A stretch of 64,000 nucleotides of DNA from Phoronis australis (GCA_002633005.1 NMRA01000042.1:704408-768407); one strand, 5' to 3'. Counted from the first letter of the stretch, positions 12,360 through 24,564 are shown. The notes: generated by a model not told the origin, from the letters alone. Program-made: numbers and translations.

Positions 12360-12712
12360 AAGAATACCAAACCGGTATTTGACCTATTAACATTGATTAC
12401 AAACGACTTTCCCACCCAATTCTCTGAAACAAAACAATGCTCTATAATCTTCAACAACTCTCAAAAGTTGAGAAAAATTTGAGAACTCATTTTGAAGTCT
12501 GCTAAATGGGCAAGCATGACCTACGCTTTTAGGAAATTACAAGGCAACTGTGGAGAAAGGCCACCCACCAAGAACCACAATATCCAGTCTGTGACACGGA
12601 GAAAGTTTTTAGTTGATTCCAAATATTATCTTTCAAGATTGATGTCACTGATGCATTAGCAGGTGACAGAAGGAGGATTGACTGAAATCATCAATACAGG
12701 GTTTGGCATCCT
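12360..12712. mobile_element. Kolobok-like MITE (family D copy 2)
   Basis: Colinear with 8041-8388 (shared GGGCAAGCATGACCTACGCTTTTAG, GCATTAGCAGGTGACAGAA). Confidence 0.65.
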
Positions 12713-12845
12713 TATAAAAGATCAATGACTTTAAATGACTATAAACCTGCATTCCTGTAAAGAAGCCAACTTTCGATGTACATCACTTACGAAGCTAAAA
12801 TTGGTCTCAATTTGCTCCTTACTCTGTGATTTCTGACAGTTCATA

Positions 12846-13342
12846 AGGCCCTTTCATATTGACTTAACTCCGGTCTGAGCGGAGCGTCGACGTAAACAGC
12901 GCAGTTAACTGGACCGTTCATACTGGCTTCGGTAGTTAATGAACATCGAAGTAAAGGGTTGGTGACGCTGACGTCATCGACGTTATCGCAAGGTAGCGCT
13001 GCACGCTAAGATTTTTTCAATGTGACAATTTGGGAACATTTAAATGTGCTAAATGACATTTAACTTATTTTTAAATCGATTGGTTATCATTAGAGCAAAA
13101 AATAAGTAGTTATTAGTGACGGCACTACTCTGTAACTGTTGATGATAACAGTGGCACCTGGCGATAACTTCGATTGGACCGGAGTTAAGCGTTCATACTG
13201 CACCGCAGCGTCGACGCTGCGGTCTTAAATCCACCTGTTAACTGCGATGTTAATTGGAGCTCTTAACTGCGATCCAGGACCGGAGTTAAGCATTAATACT
13301 GACCGCAACTCCCCAAACCATCGACGTGTTGACATTAGTATG
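12846..13342 (+). mobile_element. PIF/Harbinger-like MITE family C
   Basis: Starts AGGCCCTTTCATATTGA; colinear with 46733-47239; right TIR eroded. Confidence 0.7.
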
Positions 13343-14034
13343 TTATTTGGTGCATGAAATGACATGATGTGACAACAGACAAGCCCATCTTATAGAGAAC
13401 CTGGGCACCAAACAGTGACAAATTGCCACTTCTTGTCCTGAGATCACTTCAAATTCGACTAACTGAAGGAACAATTCAAGATCAACTTCATAAGGACAAG
13501 TGGTCTAAAGTCGGTTTTTGTGATGGAAGGTAGGTTTATAGCTGCATTAATTGAATTAATTGATACAAGTTAGATGACTGGCAAAAAAAATATTATTCTA
13601 ATACAATTACTGCATTCAAATCAATAGCCAAGGGAGCACTGAGCCCACACAATCACGAAACATCCATCTAAGAAAAGTTTTACTTCATAATGACATCAGA
13701 ACTTTTCAAAGAGCCTTCTCTGCCAGTACCCCTAGCCTTGGAACGGATCACATTAATAATACCTTTGACGTTTGTCATTGAAGCAATTCAGTCGTGACAT
13801 TTTTGTAAGTCTGAACCGGGAGTGCTAGTTGTCACTTCGTTTAAAGTAACATTATGCCCATTTTCACCTCTGTTTGGTTTGAAGTTATGTACACTGACAA
13901 CCATTATTTTCATTTCCAATTCTAAGTTGGGTTTTTGCTTTCAAATTTGTTTTACACAGTTTTTTAAGCATTTCACTGGCATCTTGTTAAGTACTTTAAA
14001 TTAATATACTGTATGGTTGTTATAAATACGTTGT

Positions 14035-15730
14035 AGGAGGCAGTGTGGCCTAGTGTAGGTGCTCGCTTTCTTTAATCGAGGTCATGGTTCAAGTCCCTTT
14101 GGGTCACACTGCTAGACCCTTGAGTCAGGTTTCTAGATCATCAGCTCGGTTTTAACTATATATTAATAAAGCATAACAAGAGCAACGCAGAGCGTTGAAA
14201 TGCGCCCACAATTGCACCGTATACGGTATCCTTCTAGGGTTGTTTATTGGTACCATAAAGTGGACAGTAGAGGACATATATTATATGTAGTATGTTGTAC
14301 TTTGCAAAATGGAAAGGCATGGTCATTGTCTCCTCAATAGGCTAGGGGCAAAATGTGAGTGATCTTCATAATACAAGCGCATCCTATACATCAGTTGCTT
14401 AAAGCACCACAGAAACATAGAATTACAAACAAATTTACCAACATACGAGATTAGCACAGCATTAGAATGCCAGAAACAAATTTCTACTTGGAACTTTCCC
14501 TTCATAGTCACGAAGTAACACAAAGTATACACCTGAAGACCTATGAAAATACAGAGGTCAATGTAAAATACTAAAATTGCCACTAGAGGCATACCGGTAG
14601 TCAGAATCATCCTAAATAAACACACTTGCTAAATTTAGTAAAGATCCTGCAAACGGTTTGGGAGATACAGCCATGGGCGCAAAAAAAACTGCCACTAGGA
14701 GGTGCCACAGTAACCAAAGTCATGGGAAATTCAGCGTCAACCGTCCTCTTCATAGTAAGAACATACATGCCAATTTTTACAATCATACTTAGAGCGGTTT
14801 GGTTGATAGAGGGGTGGACGCCAAAAAACAGACTCAAAAACAGCAAAAATGGCCACTGGGTGTCGCAAACTAGGTGGAATCCATCCGAAAACGGGAGGAT
14901 AGTGTCATCGCACTAATAGGTGCCTACATACCAAATTTCATGAAAATCCATTAAGGACTTGTGAAGATACAGAGGTAAACGTAAAAAAATAAAATTGCCA
15001 CTAGGGGGCACCCTGGTAGGCAGATCCGTCCAAAAGTCGTCATCGTCTGTTGTTAACATCATATAAATACACTTACTAAATTTCGTAAAGATCCTGTGAA
15101 CGGTTTAGGAGATACAGCCATAAGCGCAAAAAAACAAAAAAACTGCCACTAGGAGGCGCCACAGTAGTCCAAATCGTCTGAAAATCATTGTCAGCTGTCT
15201 TCTTTATATTAAGCACATACATGCCAATTTTCACAATCATCCTTTGAGCCGTTTGGTTGATAGAGGGGTGGACGCAAAAATATAGACTCAAAAACAGTAA
15301 AAATGGCCACTAGGTAGTGCAAACTAGGTCGAATCCATCTGAAAACGGGAGGATAGCGCCATTTCACTAATAGGTGCCTACATACCAAATTTCATGAAAA
15401 TACGTTCAGGACTTTTGAAGATACGAAGGTAAGCGTAAAAAACTAAAATTGGCACACCGGTAGTCGGATCCGTTCGAAAGTTCGCACATGCCGTCCCATT
15501 CAGGAATGGAACAAATGTGCCAAATTTCATGAACGTATGTCAAAGGGTTTTGAAGATAAAGCAGCGGACCCCGGATGGACGCCGCCCGGACGGAGATGAC
15601 GGCATAATGCGTCCACATATAAATATGTGGGCGCATAAAAATGGTTCTAGGTGATCAGTCTAATGGGCACACATGCGCTGCCTGTGCACGTCTGGTACAA
15701 CATGTATCAGACTGCTTGCAATCATTTTCT
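14035..15730 (+). mobile_element. tRNA-derived SINE split by a HINE-A insertion (pieces 14035-14174 and 15641-15730)
   Basis: Both halves match the intact SINE at 31240-31481; diverged TSD TATA(C)AATAC(G/T)TTGTAG on both flanks. Confidence 0.75.
14175..15640 (+). mobile_element. HINE family A copy 2
   Basis: AACAAGAGCAACGCAGAGCGTTGAAATGCGCCCAC start; CCACATATAAATATGTGGGCGCATAAAA end; same internal tandem units as 1109-2390; no TSD. Confidence 0.75.
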
Positions 15731-15882
15731 TTATACAATACTTTGTAGAGGATTTAGAGTGGCCTAGTGGTATGGCCTTGATGCAGGTGTCCCATTTTTC
15801 ACTTCAGAATGTTGGCAACTACAGTATGCCCTACCTTCTTGTTGACCTATCTTAGACCTACCAGTTCTAAACATGCTCAACA

Positions 15883-17087
15883 TTATTACTTGGCGAAATA
15901 AATTTCGCCAAGTATGTTACTCTTCCACCAAGTTTTTTTTTGTTTGTTCGCACGATACAGGTCGCAATTTTCGTCCGATCATCACGAAATTTACACATAA
16001 CACGTAGTTCCGAAGTACTGGAAGCCTATTGTTTTTCGTCAAAATCAGATCCAAGATGGCGGCTGTGGCGGCCATTTTGTTTCCATTTAAAGGTTCAAAT
16101 GCTTCTGGAGGCTACAATTTTTTACGTAACAAGCTAAGAATCGGCACAGTAAATGGACCTGAAGTTTGCTAATAGTATTCCGGAAATTGTTTACTTCCGG
16201 TTAAAGATGGCGGAAATATCAGCGATCGCGCATGCGCACCTCGTTTTTGGCCTAAAAACGTTTTCTCCTCTAGAGGGCGCATTATCAGACCAATTCCTTT
16301 GAATTTTTACAGGTATTAGTTTCTCACGACATGCTATTATACAAAGCCAAAAAACCGGAAGTTGCTTTCAAGATGGCGGATCTGGCGCATGTTGACCCAT
16401 TTTCAGTCGTCTGGAGTGCAATTTTAAAGGGGAAGAGAAAAAGACGTGACTTTTTGCATGTAGATTCTTTGAAGTATATTCTTTCAAATGGCTCCTAACA
16501 ATTTTTTTCTCAGACTTACCGTTTTCGAGTTATTTGACTTTGAATTTCTTAAAAAAACGCAAAATTTCATTTTTTTCAAAAAATTTACGGAATTAGGCCA
16601 TACCATCAGTTTAGATAGCGTTTTGAACGGGCTTTCAGAAGATGGTTTCCATTTTTGTCTACGACGTCTACTTTTCGAGTTATTTGAGATTATGTGATAA
16701 CGCTGTTCCGTTGAGCGCTCTTGCTGCATTCAGGTTGGTTTAGCTTCTATTGAACTAGACTGTAGCCTATTTCTTAACGATTTATGACATCTAAATTCGT
16801 CATATGAATGTTATGATGTTCTTCATCATGGCCACCACCATCATCATATTCGTCATCTTCGTCATCATCTCCGACGTCGTCTTTTCTTCAGTTAATTTCG
16901 CCAAGTGTCGCTCAAGACTGTAGCCTATTTCTTAGTGATTTCTGACCTCTACATTCGTTATATGAATGATATCATAACTAGGGTTGTCCATCATCGTCAC
17001 CATCGCCGTCATCTTCGTCATCATCTTTATCGTCATCTTTTTTGGTTAATTTCGCCAAGTTTCGCTCCTCAGAGCGCTTTCAATTGT
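15883..17087 (-). mobile_element. HINE family B, apparently full-length copy
   Basis: Hairpin TACTTGGCGAAA-TAAA-TTTCGCCAAGTA at the left end; matching subterminal repeat TTTCGCCAAGT plus small hairpin CGCTC-CTCA-GAGCG at the right end; TCA/TCG-rich internal duplication. Confidence 0.7.
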
Positions 17088-18059
17088 ACTCTTTCCCAAA
17101 ACGAAGTCACCCGCTTTCTTATCTCCAAGACAAAGGAGAGTTCTATCGCCGTGTAATCCGGGACGGCCCTATAGGTTGATGTTGAGATAATTCCATCTAT
17201 TGAGAAATTCACTGTTTCCCACAATAACAGACTGAATCGCTGTCTTCCGCACAAGTTTGCGTGTTCTGGCGAATATAAGATTGCAAGGTGCCAAATAAAA
17301 TAAAGAACAACAATTCACTATTTTTTCAGGCTGATTCCCGCACCATATGCAATGTTCCACACTTAGCATTGCCAACTCACCAAATATCACTTGAGGAAAT
17401 TCCCAGCGAGGCAGCTAAACGAAAAATGGGGTCATGCACTAAAACAAGGAAACCACCACCTCCCCCACAATAACGGACATCTGAACTGATAGCATGCCGG
17501 AACACTCACAATTGGTGACTTTCTGATGACCTGAGATTTGTACCGGGTCCTCAAAGAAAAACTAAGGACACATTGGCAACCTTTTTGGTGAATTATGCCT
17601 TAATTATATTCTTAAACAGTGTGAAGCATAATTCGGCGAAAAGTTTTTCAGGCGTATGATGGCCCTATGCTACAAGTACCTATTTCTACACACTGCACGA
17701 CCCAAGAGATTTGACACCATACCCCTTGACACGTGCAATGTAAAAATGGCCAGTTGCTGATTATGGCAACTGAACAAAGGACTGCTCGAAGAAGATTAGT
17801 TGGAAGAATTTAAAAACACCGACGGCCTTCTAAGGTGTCCCTCTATGCGCAAAAGGTACTTATAGCAATGTGCCTATGATGCTAGTATGAGACATAATTC
17901 CCCCAAAATCTTATGGTGTATGAAGGCACTATGGGAGTGATTGTGTTTAGTTAACTTGTTCGACACTTGGTGTCTCTGCTGTGGTCTAGTTAAGGATCTT
18001 GGGTAATAAAAACATGGTTGCTGCCAGACGTGGCTAGTTTTCTCTCTGACTTTACTAAC

Positions 18060-18985
18060 CAAGTTACGGTAATTGTTTACAATATGACAACATTGACTTA
18101 TACACATGATTTTGGTGTCGTTCGATTCCTTGCAACGTTATCTTTTCAAAAATGCACAGAATTTTTTCTTACCCAGTTACCTTAATATTTTATCGTGAAA
18201 TTTCTGCTCGCAATATTTCCAGGTACGCGGTAGTGATACCGCCATGTTGAATGGAAAGAGTCACCTGGTGGTCAAAAACTGAACTAATCTACCGACTCCT
18301 GCAGATCGTCAAATTGACCGAGACCCGTCCATCCCTCGCCCGAGTTGCAGTCCCAAGGGTTCGAAGTTGACTCTGGTACGCATTTAATAGCACGAATGCA
18401 CAAAAAAAAAACGGGAGTTGTTTTTGAGGTCCATATTGGAGAAAATGGTATCATTTCAGACAATTTCGTGGAAAAATGGTCAACTGGTCACAATTACAAA
18501 AAATTGGAAAAGGTGAAATGCTGCTACTTTTTCCTCCATATTATGTCAGGAAAACTTTAGCGAAAATTTCGCGCGGGCAAACACCATTCGAATCGATGAT
18601 GCTGTTTCATTCATTAACAACAGCCTCCCGCTCAGTAACGCTAGGACCTCGCTAAAAATCAAGACTTCGCGAAATTACGTGAGATATTGCCGTGTATTTT
18701 AAATGAGAACACGTGACTTTGACTAAGTTTTAGCAAGGTCCTAGCGTAGGTCCTAGCATCTACGAAACGCACGCCAGGTGTCACTGTGATCTTGAGTTGC
18801 GCTACCATGGTGGTGTCAACTGGGAAATAGTGCAAACCGAAATTCGACGATAAAATACGAAGGAAACGCGGTAGGGGATGCATACATATATTTTTGGAAA
18901 GATAATGTTGCGAGGAATCGAAAGATACTAAAATCATGAGTGTAGGTCAATGTCGTCATATTGTAAACAATTACCCAAGTTACCG
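18060..18985. repeat. Long imperfect inverted repeat (arms about 18060-18268 and 18775-18985)
   Basis: GGTAATTGTTTACAATATGACAACATTGAC... at 18068 is the reverse complement of ...GTCAATGTCGTCATATTGTAAACAATTACC at about 18946-18975; similarity continues inward for about 200 bp. Confidence 0.8.
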
Positions 18986-20039
18986 CAGGGAGGAACATTG
19001 CTGTCTCAACTGCCTAAAGTAAAGGTGATGGTGCAGCTGTCTAATTCAAATACTAGCAGTCGATCGCTCTCTGGCGCCATAGACATATGATACTAGTAAT
19101 CTGGAACTGGCACACGGTTTGTAGTGAAGTAGTTGGTGAGATTACCAGACCCGCAAAGCAAATCAGTAACCACGATAAGACCAGCAAGAAAACAAACCAT
19201 TCAGCTAATAGACACAGGCTAGCAGAGGCTAATATGATTCACCGGAAGCACGTAGGAGCCGGTTAGAAGAACTATCTGTCAATCTCCCTTCCTTGCATAT
19301 CTCACAAACAAGTCCCCTTTTACTTGCATTCAGTGTCCAATACACACATAAGTCATGATACAAAAGATGACCGATACTTGAAAAGGACCTCTACAACACA
19401 TACCCAAGATATGTAGGCCTACTGCACTCGAAGAACGAAAAATGGACAAAATCCGTCACTCGGCCGGGCCCTTGTTTTTTTCCAATAAGTAAATTCAATC
19501 GACTATAAAGTGATCAGTGAAAACAGTGTTTTAAAACTCAACTTTGATTGCTAAAATGTACAAAATTATAATTATCATATTTTACAGACGCGAATTGATT
19601 TATTTTAGAAATTTCATTTCTAAATCCTCATAATCAAAATTTGGAAATCTTTTATTCGTTTGATAATTCTCGTGCATAAACTTCCGTTTGTATTGTCCGT
19701 TTTTTTTTGGGTTTCGTTGGTTGTCTGTTATCTTTCGTTCGTAAGTATGGAAATTGAACGTGATTGCGGTGTGCTCTGTTCCTTATTCACATTGCCATTG
19801 TCCAAAATCATCATAGTCCTCGCTTGAAACTTTATATTGATCTCAAAAATGCATAAAACAACAGCACAGGCAGACGAATTTCCCGATGGCTCATAGTCAT
19901 AAGAAACCTGCCCTAACGAGTAACGTCCTAAGACGTTTGGACACTAAAACTTTGCCGAGCCTTGGCTCCCAACTTCAAATGTCCCAAATCCGGATTGTTC
20001 TAAAACCCCTTGACCCTCACACCTGTAGTAATTTCTTAA

Positions 20040-21722
20040 GGTGTCTTACCTTACAATCTTACATCTTAGTTCCGTGGTCGAGCTCCGAGTCAATAGGTCT
20101 GTTTTGGTGTGCGGTCTGGATGTCGAATGCCGCTCTGCATCCCAGCACGTGTATCGGCCGCAGGGCCGCTTAATTAATATTCATGTTGCGTCCTCGTTGG
20201 CTATTACCGGCATATGGGCCGGACAGCCGACGTCGACAGTCTCCAAGACGAACAACAGTAGTCTCTCGATGCCGATAGAGGGCGCGCGCAGCAGAAGGCC
20301 AGGGCAGCAGTGAAACAGGTCAAATAACGTCTCACTACACACCCCACAATCCCGTCGTCCAACAACTCACGACCCCCTCGACACACAACCCCTTCAACCC
20401 ATTTTACTGGCAAGCTCGACTCGATCGGAACATAGAACAAGGGCTGACATGGATGTCCAACGAGCCTGGCCGTGAGCTCGGCTGGCTTTATCCTACTGTC
20501 TGCAAGTAAGGGATTCGATTCGGTGTGTTTGAAATCTGAAAAAACAGAAAAAACAACGTGATCAAATCAAAAACCTACCACCGTTACAAATCGTCTCATT
20601 ACCGGCAGAGTGTAATTGTCTCATTTGCTCCTGAGTGAGTGGCAGATTCAAGTTATTTTTGGAGAGTGCGAGAATGCCATGAATATGTATTTTTGCAGTA
20701 AATACAATGTGAAAAAACGAACTGTTAACAAAAAAGCATTTTAGGCCTACATGTAGTATATTTTAAACGAGTGTACTACAGAAAGAAAATAATGAAAATG
20801 GAAAAATTATGTTTATACGCGTTAATGTACTCTCCCTAAATTTAGTAGAACAGGGTCATTGGTAGCCGTTCGTGGCACTATTTCTTAGCCAGCCAGCCAG
20901 CTAACTGTATGGTTTAGTTAGGCTATGTGTGTTGCGCTCCGTTTGACCCCGAAATTTCATACAGGCAGCCCGGGGAGTTCTGCTCGTCACCTCGCCGTCA
21001 AAGGTATATCGACATGTAAAACTAAGGACCAGCGGGGGGGGTGCATGCAAAATCTGGGCCCGTTGCAACTGTCTTTAAGTGCAAAACAATCTCGTAAGCA
21101 TCATTTTCTTGCATTGATTCTCCGACTTTTGCAATAAAGAAAAATAATCTTTCATCGTTTTCGAAACAGTGCACTTGTGAAGCACACCATTTCCTAAAAT
21201 TTTGCAACATCTCTCATCTTCGCACCAGCAAGATTTGTTCTGAAATATGGTTTGTTGGTATTAAAGTACTAAAAACTTGTAACGAAATGAATCCAGTTTC
21301 CATAATTTGTTGTCACATATACACAACCTTGTTGAAGAGAAGAACAGTTGATTGAAGAATCAGGGAAAAGAAACTGTTTAGTAAGTGACGTAATATTTCA
21401 TGGCGACGAAAGCCAAGACAAAAGATCACAGCCAGCGCAATTTTAGCAGCCAAATAACGATACTACAGTACGCCAATTTTTCCGACACCCGTAAATAATT
21501 TAGTTTACTCAAGGAAGAGTGTAGCTTTTAATGTCACTAATTTTGTGTCAGATTTTGTTTGGTAAGCAGAAACCTGACAGTGTATATTTATTACACAGCT
21601 CTGCACCAAAGCTAACTATTTCCGTGACAACAATACGCACTCACAGTCTGCCATTTGAGATCATGTTCTTATGCCACTTTCTGTTTTTATCACCATTCTT
21701 GAGCTAGAGCAGATTCTTGTAG
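20040..21722. promoter_or_regulatory. Candidate divergent promoter region and non-coding first exons for the clavesin-like and TTPAL-like genes
   Basis: Locally CpG-rich (20070-20500); strong minus-strand donor AAG|GTAAGA at 20050/20049; strong plus-strand donor TAG|GTAAGT at 21722/21723; CRE-like TGACGT at about 21387. No transcript evidence available. Confidence 0.4.
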
Positions 21723-22174
21723 GTAAGTCTTATGGGAAAGTCATTCGACAGCGATGTAACAATATTATGAAATTTGTAAAAAGTGCAAAGATGCCTCTAT
21801 TGCCGTTGGTCGTGGGGTTGTGTGTTGAGGAGGTCGTGGGTCGATGGGGTTGGGGGTTGAGGGGGTTTTAGAACCGTCCCCCAAATTCAAATAAAATCTG
21901 CATGCACATCTCTTAGACTGGTATGACATAAACCACCGAAGCCTAATCTTCCCCTGCTACCATTGAGTGGTGAATTGGTGACACCAACGGAATTTCCGAA
22001 ACAATCAGCAAACTGTGAATTCAAGGCGGATTTTACTTGTACGCCTGTCAAAGATAAAATTTGGAGTTTGAGCAAGTAGCCCCTATGTCAAAGTCAAGAA
22101 TTTTATCTGCTATTTAAATGTTACTAAAATTAGCCTTCCATTTATGTGATATAATTATGCTTTTTCTGATAAAT

Positions 22175-22338
22175 ATAGATTATTACATGGCGAAGTCGTC
22201 ATCCCCTGTTATCTAGAGCCCAAGTGGATTTTGGAGAATTATCGCCCTAGGGGCGTTAGCCCCGAGGGTGATAATTCTCCAAAATCCACAAGGGTTCTAG
22301 ATAAGGGGGATAATGACTGAGAACATGTAACAATCTAT
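22175..22338. repeat. Long imperfect palindrome (about 164 bp), probably part of a hairpin-type non-autonomous DNA element
   Basis: GTGGATTTTGGAGAATTATCGCCCT / AGGGTGATAATTCTCCAAAATCCAC core, extending to ATAGATTATTACATG / CATGTAACAATCTAT. Confidence 0.85.
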
Positions 22339-22886
22339 TTATACCACGTACTGAACAAGAAACATTGCAATAAATCGATCTACCTTTCTCGACTCGCCTC
22401 GGCTTTGTAACTACTTTCTATGTCAGAGGTCCGGAGGCGGAGGTGGTGACCTTTTAAGAAAAGCCGAACTATTTTTGTCAAATAATGCTTATACTCAAAA
22501 GCAATTGAAAATTTAAACAAAATAGAAATAAAGTGAATCTATAAATTAAGGTTTAGCAGCTATTATAGTTTACTACACATTTTATCACGCTAAGTTTCGA
22601 CTGGGAAAATATCGTCTGCTAAAGTAGGTTACCATTAGTAACTGACTATAATGCTCAAGTCAAAGGATCCCGACGACACGATACCCGCATTCAAATTGGA
22701 GATCGGTAATTTACAAGTGAGAGAACACGAGAGGAAAATTTCACTGAATTAAAATATCGTTTTTATGGAAATTATGCGTCTTATTTTTCATAGCGTATAA
22801 ATGTCGGTGCAATGCCCTTTGCTGAACATGCGATTGTTACGCGTGCTCATTTAAGTATTCTATTGTCACGTCCAATGGCGTCAGCC

Positions 22887-22955
22887 GCTGAGTGGTGTAG
22901 TGGTAAAGTCAGCGACTCGAAACTCTTGAGGCCCGGGTTCGAATCTGGCCTCGGT
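22887..22955 (+). pseudogene. tRNA-like pseudogene or SINE head
   Basis: A box TGGTGTAGTGG, B box GGTTCGAATC, partial acceptor stem GCTGAG/CTCGGT; anticodon stem does not pair. Confidence 0.5.
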
Positions 22956-24131
22956 TTCCCGCCAAAATGTTATCTCACTAGTGAGATAACTTTATGGGTT
23001 ATTACACGGTTGTGTCTGCCATTCGAGGCTAATATTGTGGTATAACTCATTTTATCACTTAACCTAGAATTGAATTGCAATCATGAGCTCACATAAAGTA
23101 TAGCTAAAGGAGTTTACACTGATTACAAGTGAATGGCAAGATATGTTGCAGTATGCTTGTTCATGTCAAGAATGTAGTATTTACATTCAACCCATGGATA
23201 AAGCAGGGGAAAGACTATTGTGCGTGCGGTAAACATTTCTTATGTCAGGAATATGTACGCTACAGATATCATGAATGTACCTGCTAAACTCTTGCTATTT
23301 CCTGTCTAATGCAGATCAAGTAATGGCTAAATTTCATTTTAAATAACTGAGCCTTTGTTTGAAATTTAGGATTGTCCAAGAATACTCGTCGAAGGCAAAC
23401 AATAACGGCAGTATATGTAAAATAGTAAGTAATCAACAGATATCCACTTTAAATCATTTAACAAAATATTTGGTGAGGAATGATTTGGGCCACCAACGCC
23501 ACTTTCGAAGTAACGCATGGATAGCTAATTAGAACTCGGATGGAATTTAATTGATTTCAACATTTATCTAGAATAACCAGAAGATGGCAATTTAATCAAA
23601 AATGACACTAAAAATATCTGTCTTTCCCTTTTTGAGAGACTCCTCCATTGCTTATTGGAGGACCTGTGTGACATTGTCTTGGTGACACTGGATATACCTT
23701 ATATACACATTCCATGCGATACATCTACTTCATACAACAAGCAAGGGGTTGGGGGCAGTCCGTATAGTGGTGCTTTGCCACTGAGGTAGGGTGCATTTTT
23801 CAATTTAATGGTATAGATTTGGGTCGCCTTTCCACCATTTTGGTATAAATTTGGATGTCAGTTCAAATTAAGTAAGTATAAAAATAAGATGGTAGATCAC
23901 AATTTTGATCATAAGTTTTGGTCTGAAAGCTGTACGGTATGAATAGAGACGTGAGTTGAGAGGGAATGGGGTATTATTCGGGTACCCTTTTTCCAGATTA
24001 CGTATCAATGTGGGTCTGTTTTAACCCATAGCATACTGGCTACTTGCCTGTTTAAGATTTATATATTTGTTGTAAATGTTTGAAGTCATTCACACCCAGG
24101 TTTTGCAGGTAGACTGTAGAGCCATGTAGTT

Positions 24132-24291
24132 ATGACTGCTGCCACGGCTAGTGGAGTGACGGTTCACGTCGACTATGTGTGTAGTCTGTCTCCTGAGCTT
24201 GTGACAAAAGCTGAGAAAGAACTGAATGAGAAGCCAGAATGGAGGCATCGTGACATTCAAGCTGTAAGAGAGATGGTGAAGGCACACCCAG
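24132..24291 (+). CDS. TTPAL: Alpha-tocopherol transfer protein-like (CRAL-TRIO), coding exon 1 of 7 (316 aa total)
   Basis: MTAATASG...YVCSLSPELVTKAEKELNEKPEWRHRDIQAVREMV closely resembles TTPAL (YVCSLTEDLVTKAREELQEKPEWRLRDVQALRDMV); donor G|GTAAAG, phase 1. Exons sum to 951 nt in one open frame. Confidence 0.9.
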
Positions 24292-24564
24292 GTAAAGCTT
24301 TCCAGGACTTGCATTTAGATAAAGAGGGAAATGTCGTTGGTTTTTGCCATTTTGCTTAATATTGACTTTGAAACAAGAGGTTGTTTTTTTATTATGTCAA
24401 TAGTTTCAAAAATTAAACATAAAAATAAGATAGTGAGATTGAATTTTTGTTCTCTGATAATTTTCTTAACACCGTTCAGAACTGTATTTTGCCAAATTAT
24501 TTGACCTGAAGATATATTGTTGAACTCGCACTATTTCCTTGTCTTATTTCAAATTATCTTTCAG

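Noticed and set aside
17515-17570. Hammerhead ribozyme core (CTGATGA...GAAA; also 5600-5630 on the minus strand)
   Set aside because: The required stems I-III cannot be formed around the core; an Infernal search would be decisive.
22887-22955. Functional tRNA gene (also 4671-4732, 8750-8817, 14035-14105, 31243-31315)
   Set aside because: Anticodon and D stems are broken and the heads are attached to repeat bodies, so these are SINE or pseudogene sequences.
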